Positions 27,530-41,435 are shown, counted from the first letter of the whole stretch. The stretch is 57,847 nucleotides of DNA, filler included, from Sluysia triapertura (GCA_046118255.1; 4 parts of 4 records of this genome joined end to end with filler, not necessarily neighbours in it); one strand, 5' to 3'. The notes: generated from the sequence alone by a model not told the origin. A program made the numbers and translations.

Positions 27530-28620
27530 ATGGTAGACAATCTAGGAAGGGCCCGAATCGGAAGATTATGATGAAAAGGTCCATAAAATCGTTAAACTTT
27601 TCCTGGACCTGAAACACTTTCCTCTAAATAACTGTTTCTATGCTCATAAAAATCATGGAGGGTTAAGTTCAATATCGTCCTATGATGACTATATCTGCCT
27701 CTTTAATAATCGCAAACTACTTATACACATCCTTCCACAAGGTGAAATTATAAGAGTTTCATGGAATTACTTAAACCAAGCCCTATCTTGGTTAAGTTGG
27801 TTAAACTTGGTAGTCAAGAATTAGAATTGCCAACCTTCTTTCAAGCCTATGAAGGTCCATTAAATCCGAAATAAATGGTGACGACGACGTTATGTTTGGT
27901 TAGTTTCGTAAGGATAAAATAGGAAAATATGAATCTTTTCAATAGTCGAATTTGGAAAACTGCTTCTTTGTTAACTGTCTTATGAAAGGTACATCTCTGG
28001 CAAACCATTCTCGCTCAGATTAAGTGACCGTTGCAGGGTTTTGTGGTGAAAGTGCGGAAGAACATCTGTGCATGTATTGCTGATGTATATTTCAAAACAT
28101 CCCTAGCGAGCATTTTGTCTCTGTCTCCTCACCGTCATTGGGCGAACATTGGGACAATAAAATCTTGAATTGAAATATATGGGGTTCTCCGTAAAAAAAG
28201 AATTCTCAAACATCGATTGTCGATTATTCGCGGCCGCCGGAAATGCAAGCTCAACGCACAAAATCCTCTCAACTTTATCTTATAGACATCAAATAACCCG
28301 AAAATTCACTAAGGAAAAATACAGAGACATAAGTGAGAAATTACAGAAACAACTAAATTCTCAAGTTTTTCTAGACACTTTTGTTGTGGGATCTCGAAAA
28401 TGAGGTTTCCGGAAGGGCGAAATTACCAGTATTGCGTAGTAATGCATTAAACTATAGATTGAATAATCATTAATATAATCCTTTTATATTTTTAGGATAT
28501 TTCCTTCATTAAATAACGAAAACCTATAAATAAATAATGTCATTTTATTGTTTTCCTTCTATCTTTTCACCCTCTTTTTAATTCCTGCTTCTTGACGGAG
28601 CAGTACCTCCCTTCTCAATA
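27530..28620 (+). mobile_element. Decayed 3' part of an RLE-type (R2/NeSL/R4-group) non-LTR retrotransposon in an EDC4 intron
   Basis: HGGL thumb-like motif (~27654); degenerate CCHC start DRCR..CGE...HVL (~28025-28080); KEKY and FLDTFVVGS, comparable to LDTFGFGALGS in the 49.5 kb copy. Boundaries approximate. Confidence 0.6.
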
Positions 28621-28808
28621 TTGAATTTCAAATCATTGTCGGCTCTTAGTCTAAATATCTACTACAACTAATAATAATAATAATAATAATAATCTCGTAT
28701 ACTCCATCTTTTTGTCTTCAATTTAATTCAATTTTGAATTTCTATATTTTCTTTTGATTCTATGAATATCTGTCACTATTAATCATTCATTAACACTTTT
28801 CTCTACTT

Positions 28809-29306
28809 TGTATGTTTTGCGAAAGTTCTATCTTAAAAGATATCTACTTAGCAAAATAAATAAGATCTGGAGTGAGTCCGGCTAATTAGATACGATTTGT
28901 GTCACTTATTGATGACAGTCTAATTAGACTTATATGGTGAAGTTATCTGCTCTAGTTGTGAGCGAAACAAAAAGACAACCTTATTTATATGTTAAGACAG
29001 CCTTTTTACGGTCTGTCAAATATTCAAATAGTTAAATGGTTAAATCACCTTTTTACGGTCTGATTAAATCGTTGACGATTTTAAATATAACACAAGATAA
29101 TTCTACTATGCAAGGTTTATTATTAACAATTTACAAATCTTACAAAACTAAAATAGACTAGACCTTATACAAATATAATAACAATAAGATTTTAAATCTT
29201 AAGATATCAAGTTATCTTAGATTATAATGATTTTAGCTGAAGATTAAGTCAGCCTTTTTACGGTCTGACAAATTAATGATTTTAAATGGGATTTTAGTCC
29301 TATTCA
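28809..29306 (-). mobile_element. LTR-like repeat, copy A (diverged relative of 44645-45150)
   Basis: Shares TTGCGAARGTTYTATCT, TCTGGAG(A)TGAGTCC, CTTATA and three AGCC-T-run-ACGGTCT hairpins with copy B, in the same order. Ends uncertain; no TSD seen. Confidence 0.5.
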
Positions 29307-30921
29307 ATTAAAACTTATTAATGAAAATTACTTTTTCATGGATATCTTGAATTCTTGTTTATGGAGACCAAAATTTTCAACGATATAATTTCTTTTGTGC
29401 CTTCTAATTTCTTATATTAATATTTTCTCTAAAATTTTATTAACTAGTATTTATTTACTTGTGTTGTTTGTTAATTTTATTTAAACAAATTTAAGAATTT
29501 TCTTTCTTTTTAAACAATTTTTATTTTAAGAATTTTAGCCAAATTTATTTTAATAGTTTATTTTTAATATAATTTTTTATATAATGATAATAATATTTAC
29601 AATTAATATTAATAATAATATTTAAAATTAGTATGTTCAATAAAATATAATAATATCTAATATCATAATTATAAAATAAATAATATGAAATTCTAAGGAT
29701 TCCATATAAACAGTGTCTCACAATAAAAATTAATAAAATCCGTTCAATAAACAATGTCTCAGGTTCAATGGTTCAATATCCAACAGTTTGTTCATACAAC
29801 ACTCAACTCTTGAATATAAGTGTATATATGACTCTTGCATGAATCATGCACGTGTACTTCTCAATCAAATTCCAACAAAGACTACATCAAATCTAGCAAC
29901 AGCAGCATTAATAATTGTGGCAATAAATGAATATTAACATAAATAATAACATTTATCCGACTGATACAAGATTCTATATGTAATATGAATGTGTGTATTT
30001 TTTAACTGATTGAATGGAATTTTTCAATTAATACGAAAAAATTACTCAAAGAAAGTCTCAACTAATATTTATGGATGAAATGAAATTATCAAGAAATTCA
30101 CCTATTTATTATCTTAAACCTGATAATCGATTTATTTAGAAATCCTTTCAAATATGCTAATGAAATAGGTATATTAATTTAAGAAGCCCATCTGATTAGT
30201 ATTGCGTGAAGGGAAAATATTTAACAATGAAAATGTTAAACGATTCAATTACATCTATTTTTATTAATTTGTGTGTGAGTAGACTATTTTCCTTTCTTGT
30301 TAATGTTTCACTTAATGACAATACTGAATTTTTAATCATTTTCGAAATTAGTAATTATTGATTTGATTTGTGTAATTATATTTATAACATTATTGACTCT
30401 TTCTAAGTTGATTTAAATTGCCCTGTAGCATAAATAGTTACTTAAACTTTTGCTCTCGCTTAGACATTAATATTTAAAATTTTTCTCGTCAAAAAACAGA
30501 ATTCCTGCTAAATAAACGAGATTTTAGTAAAATAGGTTGGAACTGCAACGCAAAGTATTTTGAGAAATTGAAACTGTCATTAGATATAAATTTTTTAATA
30601 TTTACTTATATGAATATTCAGAAATGTTATCTAATTATTAAAAATTTAATGTTCATTAATAAATACTGATTTAATAAAATATAAATGTTCAAAGTTTTTT
30701 TATACATTTGAATTTATATTATTAAATTTAAATGTAAAAAAGTATATAAACTTGTAGAAGTTCAAATTACTTCACCTATCAAAAGTACATTGTTTTTTAC
30801 GAACACGAATAATAGTCCTGGTGGGTTTGCGAAACATAAAAAGACAATAATTAATTTTGTATAATTAAAAATATAAAAATAATACTTAACTTTACACTAA
30901 AATGTATCATTTTTATTTCAG

Positions 30922-31133
30922 TTTTAAAATCAATGGATCAGTCATGTAAAAATTTACAAAAACATTTTAATGATAAAATGATAGAACAGACTGCGAAAGA
31001 TAATACATCATGGCAGAATCATATTCAAAAATTGACTGGTGATATGAATAATTGGAAGTCAGAGATTCAAACTTCCATAAACCAGCAAGCTTTAGCTCAA
31101 ACTAGAATTTTGGATTCATTGAGAGATATTAAA
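30922..31133 (+). CDS. EDC4: EDC4/Ge-1 exon
   Basis: Acceptor tttcag|30922 (A+TT = Ile); donor aaa|gtgagt, phase 0. Confidence 0.85.
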
Positions 31134-31244
31134 GTGAGTTTTAATTAATAATTTCATTATTTAAAAATTATGCTAACTAAACTAAACTACAACCATTTTT
31201 GATCTTATTCTAAAATTATTATCTTACTGAAACATGATTAGCTT

Positions 31245-31393
31245 AACCTGTTTTTATGCGATTTTTTATTTGTACGTTTTTTTAATATTGTTTCGAAAAC
31301 TATTTTTTACAGGTATTCGTGAAGTTTTATGTGATTTTTTAATGCGTTTTCTTTTATGCGGTCCCTATCCACCGCACAAAATAGGTTTGAGTG
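31245..31393. mobile_element. pogo/Tigger-like MITE, left end truncated; same family as 32441-32549
   Basis: AACCTGTTTTTATGCG ... GGTTTGAGTG|TA. Confidence 0.65.
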
Positions 31394-32047
31394 TAAATGC
31401 CAGTTATGATAGTAATATATCATATTATCATTGTTGAATCTTGTTCAGTATTTGAGGACTAATTTTTAGGTTTTAAAAGAGTTTTTAATGTTGAGATTTA
31501 TTTTTTGTACAATAAATACAAATATCATCAGTATTTATTTGTATTTATTTGACACCCGGATAATTTAAATTGATTTTACGGAATTAATACCTTTTACAAA
31601 ATAAAAAAATATTTTTTAAACCCCTCTATATTAATAAAAACTAAATAAAATTTAAAAAATTAATTATATTCGGTTGACGATAATGATTAGTGATTATTTC
31701 ATTATGGAGAGGTGGGAAAATATTATTTGTAGTACATTCGATTGGCTTGAACATATTTCGAAGTTGTCCCTTTCTGATTTTAAGGTTTGTGAGTTTGTCC
31801 AGGGTCTGTGGACGAAGAAAAATACGACTCGCAGGGTAGCTTTGAATATTTAGGAAACCTACCCCAGATTACAAGATCGTATACATAAGCTGAATTTAAA
31901 TTCTGAGGTCATTTAAACATTGTGATAAACAATAACTAGGCGAAATGATTCTAGGTGTGCAAGTCTATATACCCACTGAAATAATTTTTTTAATATAAAA
32001 GTTGAAAATAGTAATAAAAATACGAAAGAATATATTTAATATTAAAT

Positions 32048-32349
32048 AAAATTTTCTCTACTTGTTTTCTTTAATCATGTTCTAATGCTTCTATAGAATC
32101 CTTCACACTGTATTGATTAATTATTTAATTATTAAATTTGCGCGAAAACATTGCTTTTATATTCACCCGAATTGAATTTTTTTCAATGATTAATCAAAAT
32201 ATAATTCTATAAAGATCGTCGATCCAGATCTTATAATTGAAAAGTCTTTAGATCATAGTTTATCACTAAATAATAATTTTTCAATACAGTGTGAAGAATT
32301 CTATAGAAATATGAGAACCTTGCTAGAGAAAGCAAGAAGAGAAGATTTT
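32048..32349. repeat. Foldback (inverted repeat) element
   Basis: 32089-32116 vs 32281-32308 is a 27/28 inverted match; weaker pairing continues about 40 bp outward. Confidence 0.75.
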
Positions 32350-32440
32350 ATTGTTTTAATGAAATTCGCCCAACAATAATATATTTCATACAAAATTCGA
32401 TAATCGCATCAATTCATTTATGAAGGATGAAGCACAAATA

Positions 32441-32549
32441 CACTCAAACCTGTTTTTATGCGGTCCTTTTTTATTTGTGCGTTTTTTGTGCGATTTCATA
32501 ATTAAATTATGAGATCGCACAAAAAAATCGCATAAAAACAGGTTTAGTG
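32441..32549. mobile_element. Tc1/mariner (pogo-like) MITE
   Basis: TA|CACTCAAACCTGTTTTTATGCG ... CGCATAAAAACAGGTTTAGTG|TA; TIR with one indel; TA TSD. Confidence 0.8.
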
Positions 32550-33202
32550 TATATTAAATGTACCAAAAACATATATCTTAACACATGATATTTGTATCCG
32601 TTTCGTGGATTGTCACATGGCAGCTGCCTAGTATTTATACCATTTGAAAAGTATTATTTTAAAAGCCAATAAAAATTTAATTTAAAGAAATATTGACGTG
32701 TGGTAGGTATGTTTTAGGTATATATAAATATAAATATAAAATGATTTCAAAAAAATAACTGTTCTTCTGCCCGATTAGTTATGATTTTAACCTATTATAC
32801 GTGTCATTTTTACGATTTTTTTAAATACCGTACTTTTAAAATTTTCCGAAAAAAATTCAAGAACGATTCAATTTTTACATATTATCTCTAAGTGAAGATG
32901 TATCAAACAATTTTACTTTTTGCATAAATAAAAAATAATAACTGTTTTTTAAATTTTATTGAAATCCAATCATTATAATCATGAGGATATATTGCTTTAT
33001 TCTCAAATGTGCATTTTTTTCGCATATCAAAAATTTCGCCCGCTGCGAATCTTATTGAGTCATTTGAGTACAAAATATAAATATTTTTCGCATATGTTTA
33101 TAATATACAATCTATAATATAATATGTTTCATACACATGTTTAATACAATCTATAATGATCTTATTGTACTTGTAAACTCAAAACGAAACATTATTATTT
33201 AG

Positions 33203-33820
33203 GAAACTTGTACTAATGCAATAAACACTGCTCAAGCGACACCTAACACAAATTATGAATCATTAAATCGAGGTCATTCGATGAGTAGTCTTTTTATCAA
33301 CAGTGGTAACATGGATCAAAGTTATACGGAAAGTCCAGAATTACAAATAGAACGTAAACTGAATCACAAAGATTATGTATCTGCTCTCACTTTGACTCTT
33401 AATCAAACAAATTTAGCTTTACTTATTAAAACTTTGACAAAGATAGAAAATCCACGTCTCATATTATTGGGTGCACCCAGTAAAGAATCCAAATTACCAG
33501 TAACCAGTATACTTGCTTTGTTGCAACAATTATCGCGTGATTTTTCACTTAAATTCGATTTGAAATTTAATTTTTTATTCGAAACAATAATTTCGTTACC
33601 AATTCCGTTACCGAAAAATAATCTCGGAACGGGAAGGACTGCATTCGGATCGAATAACAATGTACTGCCTAGTAATTCCAGTTTAAGTAAGGTATTAAAT
33701 GGTATGTCACGACGACTTCGGAATCACATAGAACAAGAGCAGTAACCAGCAATGAAAGATCGTATACGAATATTGTTGAGACTTATCTCGAGTAAATTGG
33801 AAGTTTTACAAGAAGAATAA
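33203..33820 (+). CDS. EDC4: EDC4/Ge-1 terminal exon with the conserved C-terminal domain; in-frame TAA at 33743-33745, next TAA at 33818-33820
   Basis: Acceptor atttag|33203, phase 0. IERKL..KDYVSALTLTL..TNLALL...LPVTSILALLQQLSRDF...DLKFNFLFETI matches the EDC4/Ge-1/VARICOSE C-terminal consensus (LLSLIQQL..DL...LK..YL.EA). Confidence 0.85.
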
Positions 33821-34296
33821 AAAACATTTTAGGAATTTTTGTCACTTTTTAATAGTCATTTTTGTAATAGCAAATTATGCATTTGTTGGACGTTTTTAAA
33901 TATATTAAAATTAAATTATGCTTACAAAATATTAAAAATTGATTTTTTTAAAATGTTAATAGTGATGAAATAAATATGCATTCTGAAGAAAACGGTGAAT
34001 AGATTCATTGTACTTGGATTTTCACTGAAGTTTTAATTACTGGTTTGATTTCTATCATATTTAGTTATTTATTTATATCAAATGCTGTTCCTGAAGTTTT
34101 AACGGTAATTGTATTAGATAATCTTTTGGAAATTTCTAAAGTTTCTTATAAATTTGTTGATTCACTGAAAGTAAATATAAAAAATGAGACTATTGAAGTA
34201 AGAGGATTTGAAAGATGCGTTTATTGTTCAAATAACGTTAATGTTACTACTCATTTTTATTTTCTTCCTGACTGTAAAAGCTTCTAGTAAGAAGCA

Positions 34297-34396
34297 NNNN
34301 NNNNNNNNNNNNNNNNNNNNNNNNNNNNNNNNNNNNNNNNTTAATTAATTAANNNNNNNNNNNNNNNNNNNNNNNNNNNNNNNNNNNNNNNNNNNN
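34297..34396. other. Artificial contig spacer
   Basis: 44 N + TTAATTAATTAA + 44 N. Confidence 0.97.
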
Positions 34397-34398
34397 TA

Positions 34399-34399
<1 letters not shown>

Positions 34400-34463
<64 letters not shown>
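34400..34463. repeat. (ATT)n microsatellite at contig start
   Basis: Direct reading. Confidence 0.95.
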
Positions 34464-34464
<1 letters not shown>

Positions 34465-37400
34465 AAATATTATCATTTATAGTGTAATATTTTTCTAATT
34501 TATAATATGTATGTATAAAAACGAATATTTGTATAATTAATTACAAATGTTAAATTAATGGTTAATTAACTTATCGTACAATAAACCAATACATTTGTAA
34601 AACGAACTTTTTGTGTAAATTTTTGATGAAAACTGGTCAATTCCAAAATAATAAAATTGTACAAAATATTTTATTATTCGATCAATGAATTACAAATTAA
34701 AATACTTTCAAATCTAAAATCTAACGTTACCACAAAACAGCTCCGAACTGAAAGAAACCATAATAAAATTACTTTTTTTTGTATAAAAATGCGAAAAATA
34801 AACGTTTTGTATTGAAAATGTTTGTTGAAGTCAAAAATAAATAATACAATATACTGCTTTCAATTAAAAATAGATAATTTTAATTAAAAATTATAAAATC
34901 AAAAAAATAATTGTTTAAAAATTATTTGTCTTATTTTGTGTTAGACAAAAATGAAAAAGAAACAATATTTAAATATTGGATTTAAAATATTGATTACAAC
35001 AGAAATAAAAATATAGTAAAAAAATAAATGAATTCGTTAGTTTTCTTTGTTATTTTTATATAAATAGATACTGAAAGAAAGTTGAATTAAATACAACTGC
35101 TACATTAGATACATGATTGTTTTAATCATTGGATCTGAAAATAATTATAATATATTAATTTATAATTACAAAACTTTTTGTTTTAAAATTTCTAAATTCT
35201 GATTGGTTAATGTTAAAATTAAAAAACATCTGAATAAAAATTAATATCTTACAATAAATATTGCAATGTAGTTGTAGTGGCACACTTGATAACTCATAAT
35301 TTCATAAACATTCAACACAAATCATTTATAACCTTAATCATCTCGCAAATCTTAACTTTTCAAGCTACACAGTTTACATATTTTATAACAACCGCAGCTT
35401 TAGAACATCTAGGTAGAATAATCGTGTATTATTTTAAATATTCAATAGAACTTAAGATAAATCACTTTATATCATTCTTATTACATACTAAAATACTTCT
35501 ATCAAACTTAAATCATAAATTAACCTTAAATTCATACTTTCGATAACTTTAATCATAATCTCGGAACTTTTAGGCCTAGTAATCTCAGTTTTATCTAATT
35601 TTTTCCAAGTTATTAAAGATTTCATATCGTGTCTTTATACATCATTCTATACATTTAATCACAAAATTTAATATAAATTTTTACACTGTTTAACGTGCAA
35701 ATAGATATAGCTTAAACATATATTGACTTATTGTTATCAAAACTAAGCATTACTGCCACGACTTTAAGTTATACTATAGAACATTATTAAGTATTTATAT
35801 AAGGCTGTTAAAACAGAAAGAATTTGCTTTACCTTATATATCTTTAATAACTTTACTAAGATATTTTAGGTTTATTTTAATAAATAACAATACACATTGA
35901 AATTCTAATTATAAAAATTATTATCATCATCAATATTGACTAAATTATTAATGTCAATACTGACTTTACTTTATTTCCAAATTTCAAATTTCATTGGTGC
36001 TACTTAATGGACAATAAATCATTTTTTGTTATGTAATGAGTACTTTATGTGATTAGTAAATGAATTATAAAACATTTCAATAATACTGTTAATTTGAAAT
36101 TAAGTACTATATAAATCAGTTAGTGTGCAATTTTTGAATTGATTTATCATGAGAAGTCCTACAAAACAAAAAGTCAAGTTTACATGGAATGAAAGTCTGA
36201 GAAACTATTATACATCAGAGCATTACAACTGAGTGCATTGTTGAAGTATCACTTGTCAAATACAACAGATTTTCAATGCATTGTAAAACCAATGCTGTCA
36301 TTTACTGATGAAGACTTTAGTGTCAGTGCTAAGCCTACAAGTCAAAATTTACTATTCGAAAATTTGAGCAAACTAGACTTCTTTAATTTCTCAGAATTTA
36401 TCCGAAAAGATTTATAATTACAATAATCAAAAACAGATAATGATAGTGATGCCTATAATTTTGAAATTCATTTCAGTGTACTACAATGCTACATGACAGG
36501 ATGAAGCAATCTTAGTTACAGACAAAAGCTCCAGTTTTATTCTTTACAATCTTTAGCCTTAACCAAATATCTATTTGTATATTATTCCGTATTATGCTTC
36601 TTACCGGTACAATATTTTCATCAATGAACAATGGCTAACTTATTTTTACAATTCGGAATCCGCTAAATTTTTAATCGAACAATTTGGTAAACGTTTTGAA
36701 TTTTATCTTTTTTATATATTGTATATTTATGATATATTTAATTTATGTAACAAGAATCATATTTGTCATTATTAAGCAGATCATCCTCTTTTTAAAGTAT
36801 TAGATTAAATTTATGTGGCATAATGAAATTCAATTTAATTTAAAACCAATATTAATATCATTCAAAGATGAGTTAAAATAGATCATATGAAATGAATGAA
36901 TTTCTGCCATTTGTTACTAACCTTAGTCATGCTTGTGAACTACTCAATCCTAGAATATATTTATGTGGAAGTTATTTTAGAGTAAACATTAACAAGTATC
37001 ACTTAGAATTAAACTTTAAAATGTCTCATATACATATCTAAAATTCAGTTAAGATTTTACAATTACGAAATTACTGAAAATAAGTGTTTGATCAGTTTTC
37101 CATTAATCACATGCTATCAATGATTATTTTAACTTATACCAAGGATATGTTGACAAGTACAAGTTCACATTCAACAATATTAAAGTTTATATCACAATCA
37201 TTTTCTTATGACGTTTTTAAATTACATAAATGAGATTCACGTTCTATTTATTTGAAAAGCTAGCACCAACTGAAGCATATTATTCTGTAATGTCGGCCAT
37301 TATATTTAATATATTCTTACATTTTTTATTCAGTTATTGTTCCCATTTTTATAATACTCATTTACAAAACATTATTATTATGTAGTAATAACATACGCTC

Positions 37401-40400
37401 AGAATAAATATACATGTTTTGCTTGAAGTATTTTTATTTCGTTTAATAAATTGAGAAATAATTAGACTTGTTTCTACAATTATTTGAAACTAGGAAAGAT
37501 ATTTTTTTGAGTATTAAAATAAAAATACTTAAGCAAACTTGTATCTTGCAAATAATATTTTGTATATATTGTAAAATAAAATTTATGCAGACTATGCATT
37601 ATTTATATCCATAATTTTTATGCATTGTCACTTTTTCATTCAAATATAAACCTTTAAATATTAAAAACATTTTTGTAAATTATTAATAATCTAATATGGC
37701 TAAATCTTTATTATAATTATAATTATAATTATTATTATTGTCATTGATATTAACATCATTTTTATTAATTTACTTTTTTGTTTATATATTGACTCCAAGG
37801 TCAATTATTCATTTTTTAAAACTTTAAATATAATTCAACAATGAATATTTTGAATCGAATTCGTCAATGATAATCAAGTAAAAGAATTAGATTTTTAAAG
37901 TGCAAATTTAAATGAAGATATTGATAAAGAAAGTTTAGTTGATATTGCATTAAAAATGTATATTTGTTCAACTTATCCATAAAACGTATCCTTAAAATAT
38001 TTAACCAACCTCAATCATCCAAATTCGAATAATATTGATATTGTAACAATGAAAGTCATGATGTACAAAATGTGTTTATTTCGACGATTTTACACGCCAT
38101 CTCAGTATGAAATAACACAAAATGCGTAAAAACAGGAAAAAAATACAAAGAACAATAAAATCGACATAGAATTTGGCATTTTGTACACTCATTAAATCCA
38201 ACAACTGGACTGGTTTTTTGAGACACATCGACATTTTGCCACTTGATTTGGTTGTTTTGGAACATTCTAATGATTCTCGATCAAATCCATAGATTGCCTA
38301 GAAAAACATGACAATAAGTTAGTCTGAGTTTACTTTAGATTTTAGTAAAGTAATGTAAAGTTTAGTAAGTTACACAAAAATGTTCTTATTAAATATTAAA
38401 AGGTAGAATTAAATTAGATTTAAAATATCTCGACATTATATTTCTGTGATTTATAATCAAGTTATCAAATGCATATAATCAGACCAAGTTGATTAAAATA
38501 TTACAAATTAAGCATTTGATTCGTTGTCACATCTCAATTATGAAAATTCAGAGAATGAGAAAATAATACATACTGACAGGCAAATAAGAATATCAAATGA
38601 AAATAATGAAGAAAATATCGAAATAACAATCGTCTTAAAATTGCAAATTGTGATGGAATTTTGATAAAATTCGAGGATTAATTCATGGAGAATTTGCTTT
38701 AAACAATTCAACAATAATGTTTAATAGGCACGATATCATTGTGGATGTGCTATTAAAGACAACCAATGACAGTTAAATTATGATAAACAAAGAATGGCGC
38801 TAGATAAAATCTCAATCTATGACCACGAGATATTTAATGAGCGAATGCTTGAAATATCTACATGTTAAAAGGTTTGGTGGCAATTAAAATACACAATATA
38901 CGATAAGGTGCTCAGAGAATCTCAAATTATGCTCATCACAATTTTCTCATATTTCTTGGTTTTTTTCCATTAACTTTTGTAAATGTTTCGTACATATAAT
39001 GTATTAATTATCTATAAATACAAATACAAATGTTTCGTGATTATAAATATTTTGTATCATTTTTACTTATTCTATTGTGACTTTAGGGCAAGCTGACTTT
39101 CCTGATGCACACAGAAAGACTAAATATTAATCTTAATAAAGTTATATATCAAATATCCGATACTAAGGTTGAAATATATCTGAGCCGGAGGGAAGTATGT
39201 AATATTGTTTCGGTCAAAAAGTAAAATACAAAGAGAATTTATAATCATAATTCATTACTTGACATTTAAATATCAAAAAAGATGAAACAGAAAAATTAAG
39301 CACTTATAATATCGTTTTAATAAGACTTATTAGTAAAGTACATGCAAATATTAGTAAGGTATTCTGAGTAACAACCTTGGCAAATGTACTTCATCCAGAA
39401 ATAGGGCATTCTGACGATAGTGCTACGAATATAATGCATCTTCATAATAACATGATAATATATGTACGAGCGATTCTACATTCAAACACATTTCAAATTC
39501 GCAGCAGTTAAATAATTACCATCCTGTTCATTTATACTTTAAACGTAAGACCGCCTATCTATAAACCTCTAACATTACTGTACTCCAAATTTGTATATGT
39601 CTAATGGTCTCCTTTTTTATAGAGTCATTTTGTTGAGTTAAGCGTATGTGTGCATATGAGTCAATCCAATATTTTCAGGAAGGCCATTACATAATCAAGG
39701 GGTGGGATGAACCAACCGTGATTGTGTGTGGTTATTTTGAATATGGTTCATTTTGTCAAAAATAGCTGTATAATAATGACAGCGTGTAATGAGTATTATG
39801 TGGGTATAATAATCACAGTCGAATACATTTATTTATTTATTTACAAGACGATTCATAAAGGCTGACTTCATTTTCCTAATTAGTGCTGTTTGTGGTTATA
39901 TCTACGAAATACGATCGTTACCATTTTGTTGGTACCGTAGTTGGTATTGTAGCCACTATATCATGTTGATATTTACAACTTTGAGTTCTGATTTTTTGAC
40001 TTTATTATTATTATCCAATTCAAATATTTCAGCTTAACGAAAATCCATTCAATGCATTTTAATTGTCTTTTATTTTCGTCTTTAAATAACCCGATTTTAT
40101 TTTCATATTAAGAACTATTTAACTCATATTTTTAAAGATAATTTAAAGTATCTAATAAATTGAGGTTCTTCATTTATTCTAGCAAAAGTTTATTTTGGTC
40201 AATATTTATACTTTTAGGAAAAACAAGTCAGTTTCATCAGCTATAATATTAATATTCGTTATTTCAAGATTTTAAGTCAAATTATTTTAAAATTTATGTA
40301 ACACTTTTTAAAAATAATTGATAGAATTACATATACACAAAATTCACTAAACTATACTGAACATTAGTTAATATAGCACCTAATGATCGATATAATAGTA

Positions 40401-41435
40401 ATTTAGTTACCAGGGCCGGATATAAGGTTTTGAGCGCACCGAGCAATAGAAAATACAAATTTACTGCGAATTAAAAAATATACTAAAAAAGGTAATAAAG
40501 AACTGTGTCAAAGATTTATTTATTTAAAAAATAATACAATAGTTATTTACTTGCAAGCGATACAACATATGGGAATAACAGAACGAGCCCATTTGAAGTT
40601 TGAGCGACGAAAGAGCGATATTAAAATAGTTAGTGTTGTAACCATTATTTGGTATTATTAAAGAAAAAAATTATTGTTCGCTAAAAAAATCTTATGGTGC
40701 ACATATTTTAATAGCTTTGTCATTTAATATTACTCAAATAGAAAGTGGATACTGTACTTGTGCACAAAACAATAATAAAAATATTCTAAATTAAATTCAT
40801 TGGTGCGATTCGATTAAAAGTGATTTAATAAAATGGATTCAAACATCGAATAAATTATCAAAGTATGGTTCAAAGTTGTTGGATTTTTCAATCAACCAAA
40901 TATTTAATTTCAGGTATAAATGTTTCCTTGACATCAAAAGAAATAAATCAAATTTTTTGCTTCTTATCTGATAATATAAATATCTATTTTGATAATCTAC
41001 ATTTGGTTGTGTAATCAATTATTAGATACTTGAGATATCTTAAAAAGAATATGAACAATACAATAGGTAAGGCAGATTTAAAGAAATTTTATCTTTTTAC
41101 ATTTTTATTTGCATCAGATTTTGATATCGAATAAAACAGTTACCACAAGAATTTAAACATTAAATTTGGGAAAGGATTAGTAATATCGACAACTATTTTA
41201 ATTTATGGTGTATTTGTTAATGAAATACAAATAAATAGTAAAAATGAATTACAATTTTTTTATTGTAATGTAATTATTTCTTAGATATTAATCGAATTTG
41301 TATGGATCTACTTGAAGATGCGTTTCAAAGTAGTTTTCGAGATTTTAATAAAGCATTAAATTATGATAGACTACGTTTATTTTGATGAATTAAAGATCAC
41401 ATAAAAATCGAAAAAAAATTAATAATTCGTCTAAC

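Noticed and set aside
31745-31915. Tc1-like C-terminal fragment on the minus strand
   Set aside because: Only scattered residues match; cannot be delimited
33743-33745. Alternative nuclear genetic code (TAA as sense)
   Set aside because: No other internal TAA/TAG in any bona fide exon; stops in the relics come with frameshifts
37840-39800. Coding-like degenerate stretches, including FLDEVH (-) and IKGWDEPTVIV (+)
   Set aside because: Strand and family cannot be settled by eye
40411-40740. CAGGGCCGG hAT-Tip100-like end
   Set aside because: No matching second TIR found; transposase similarity too weak
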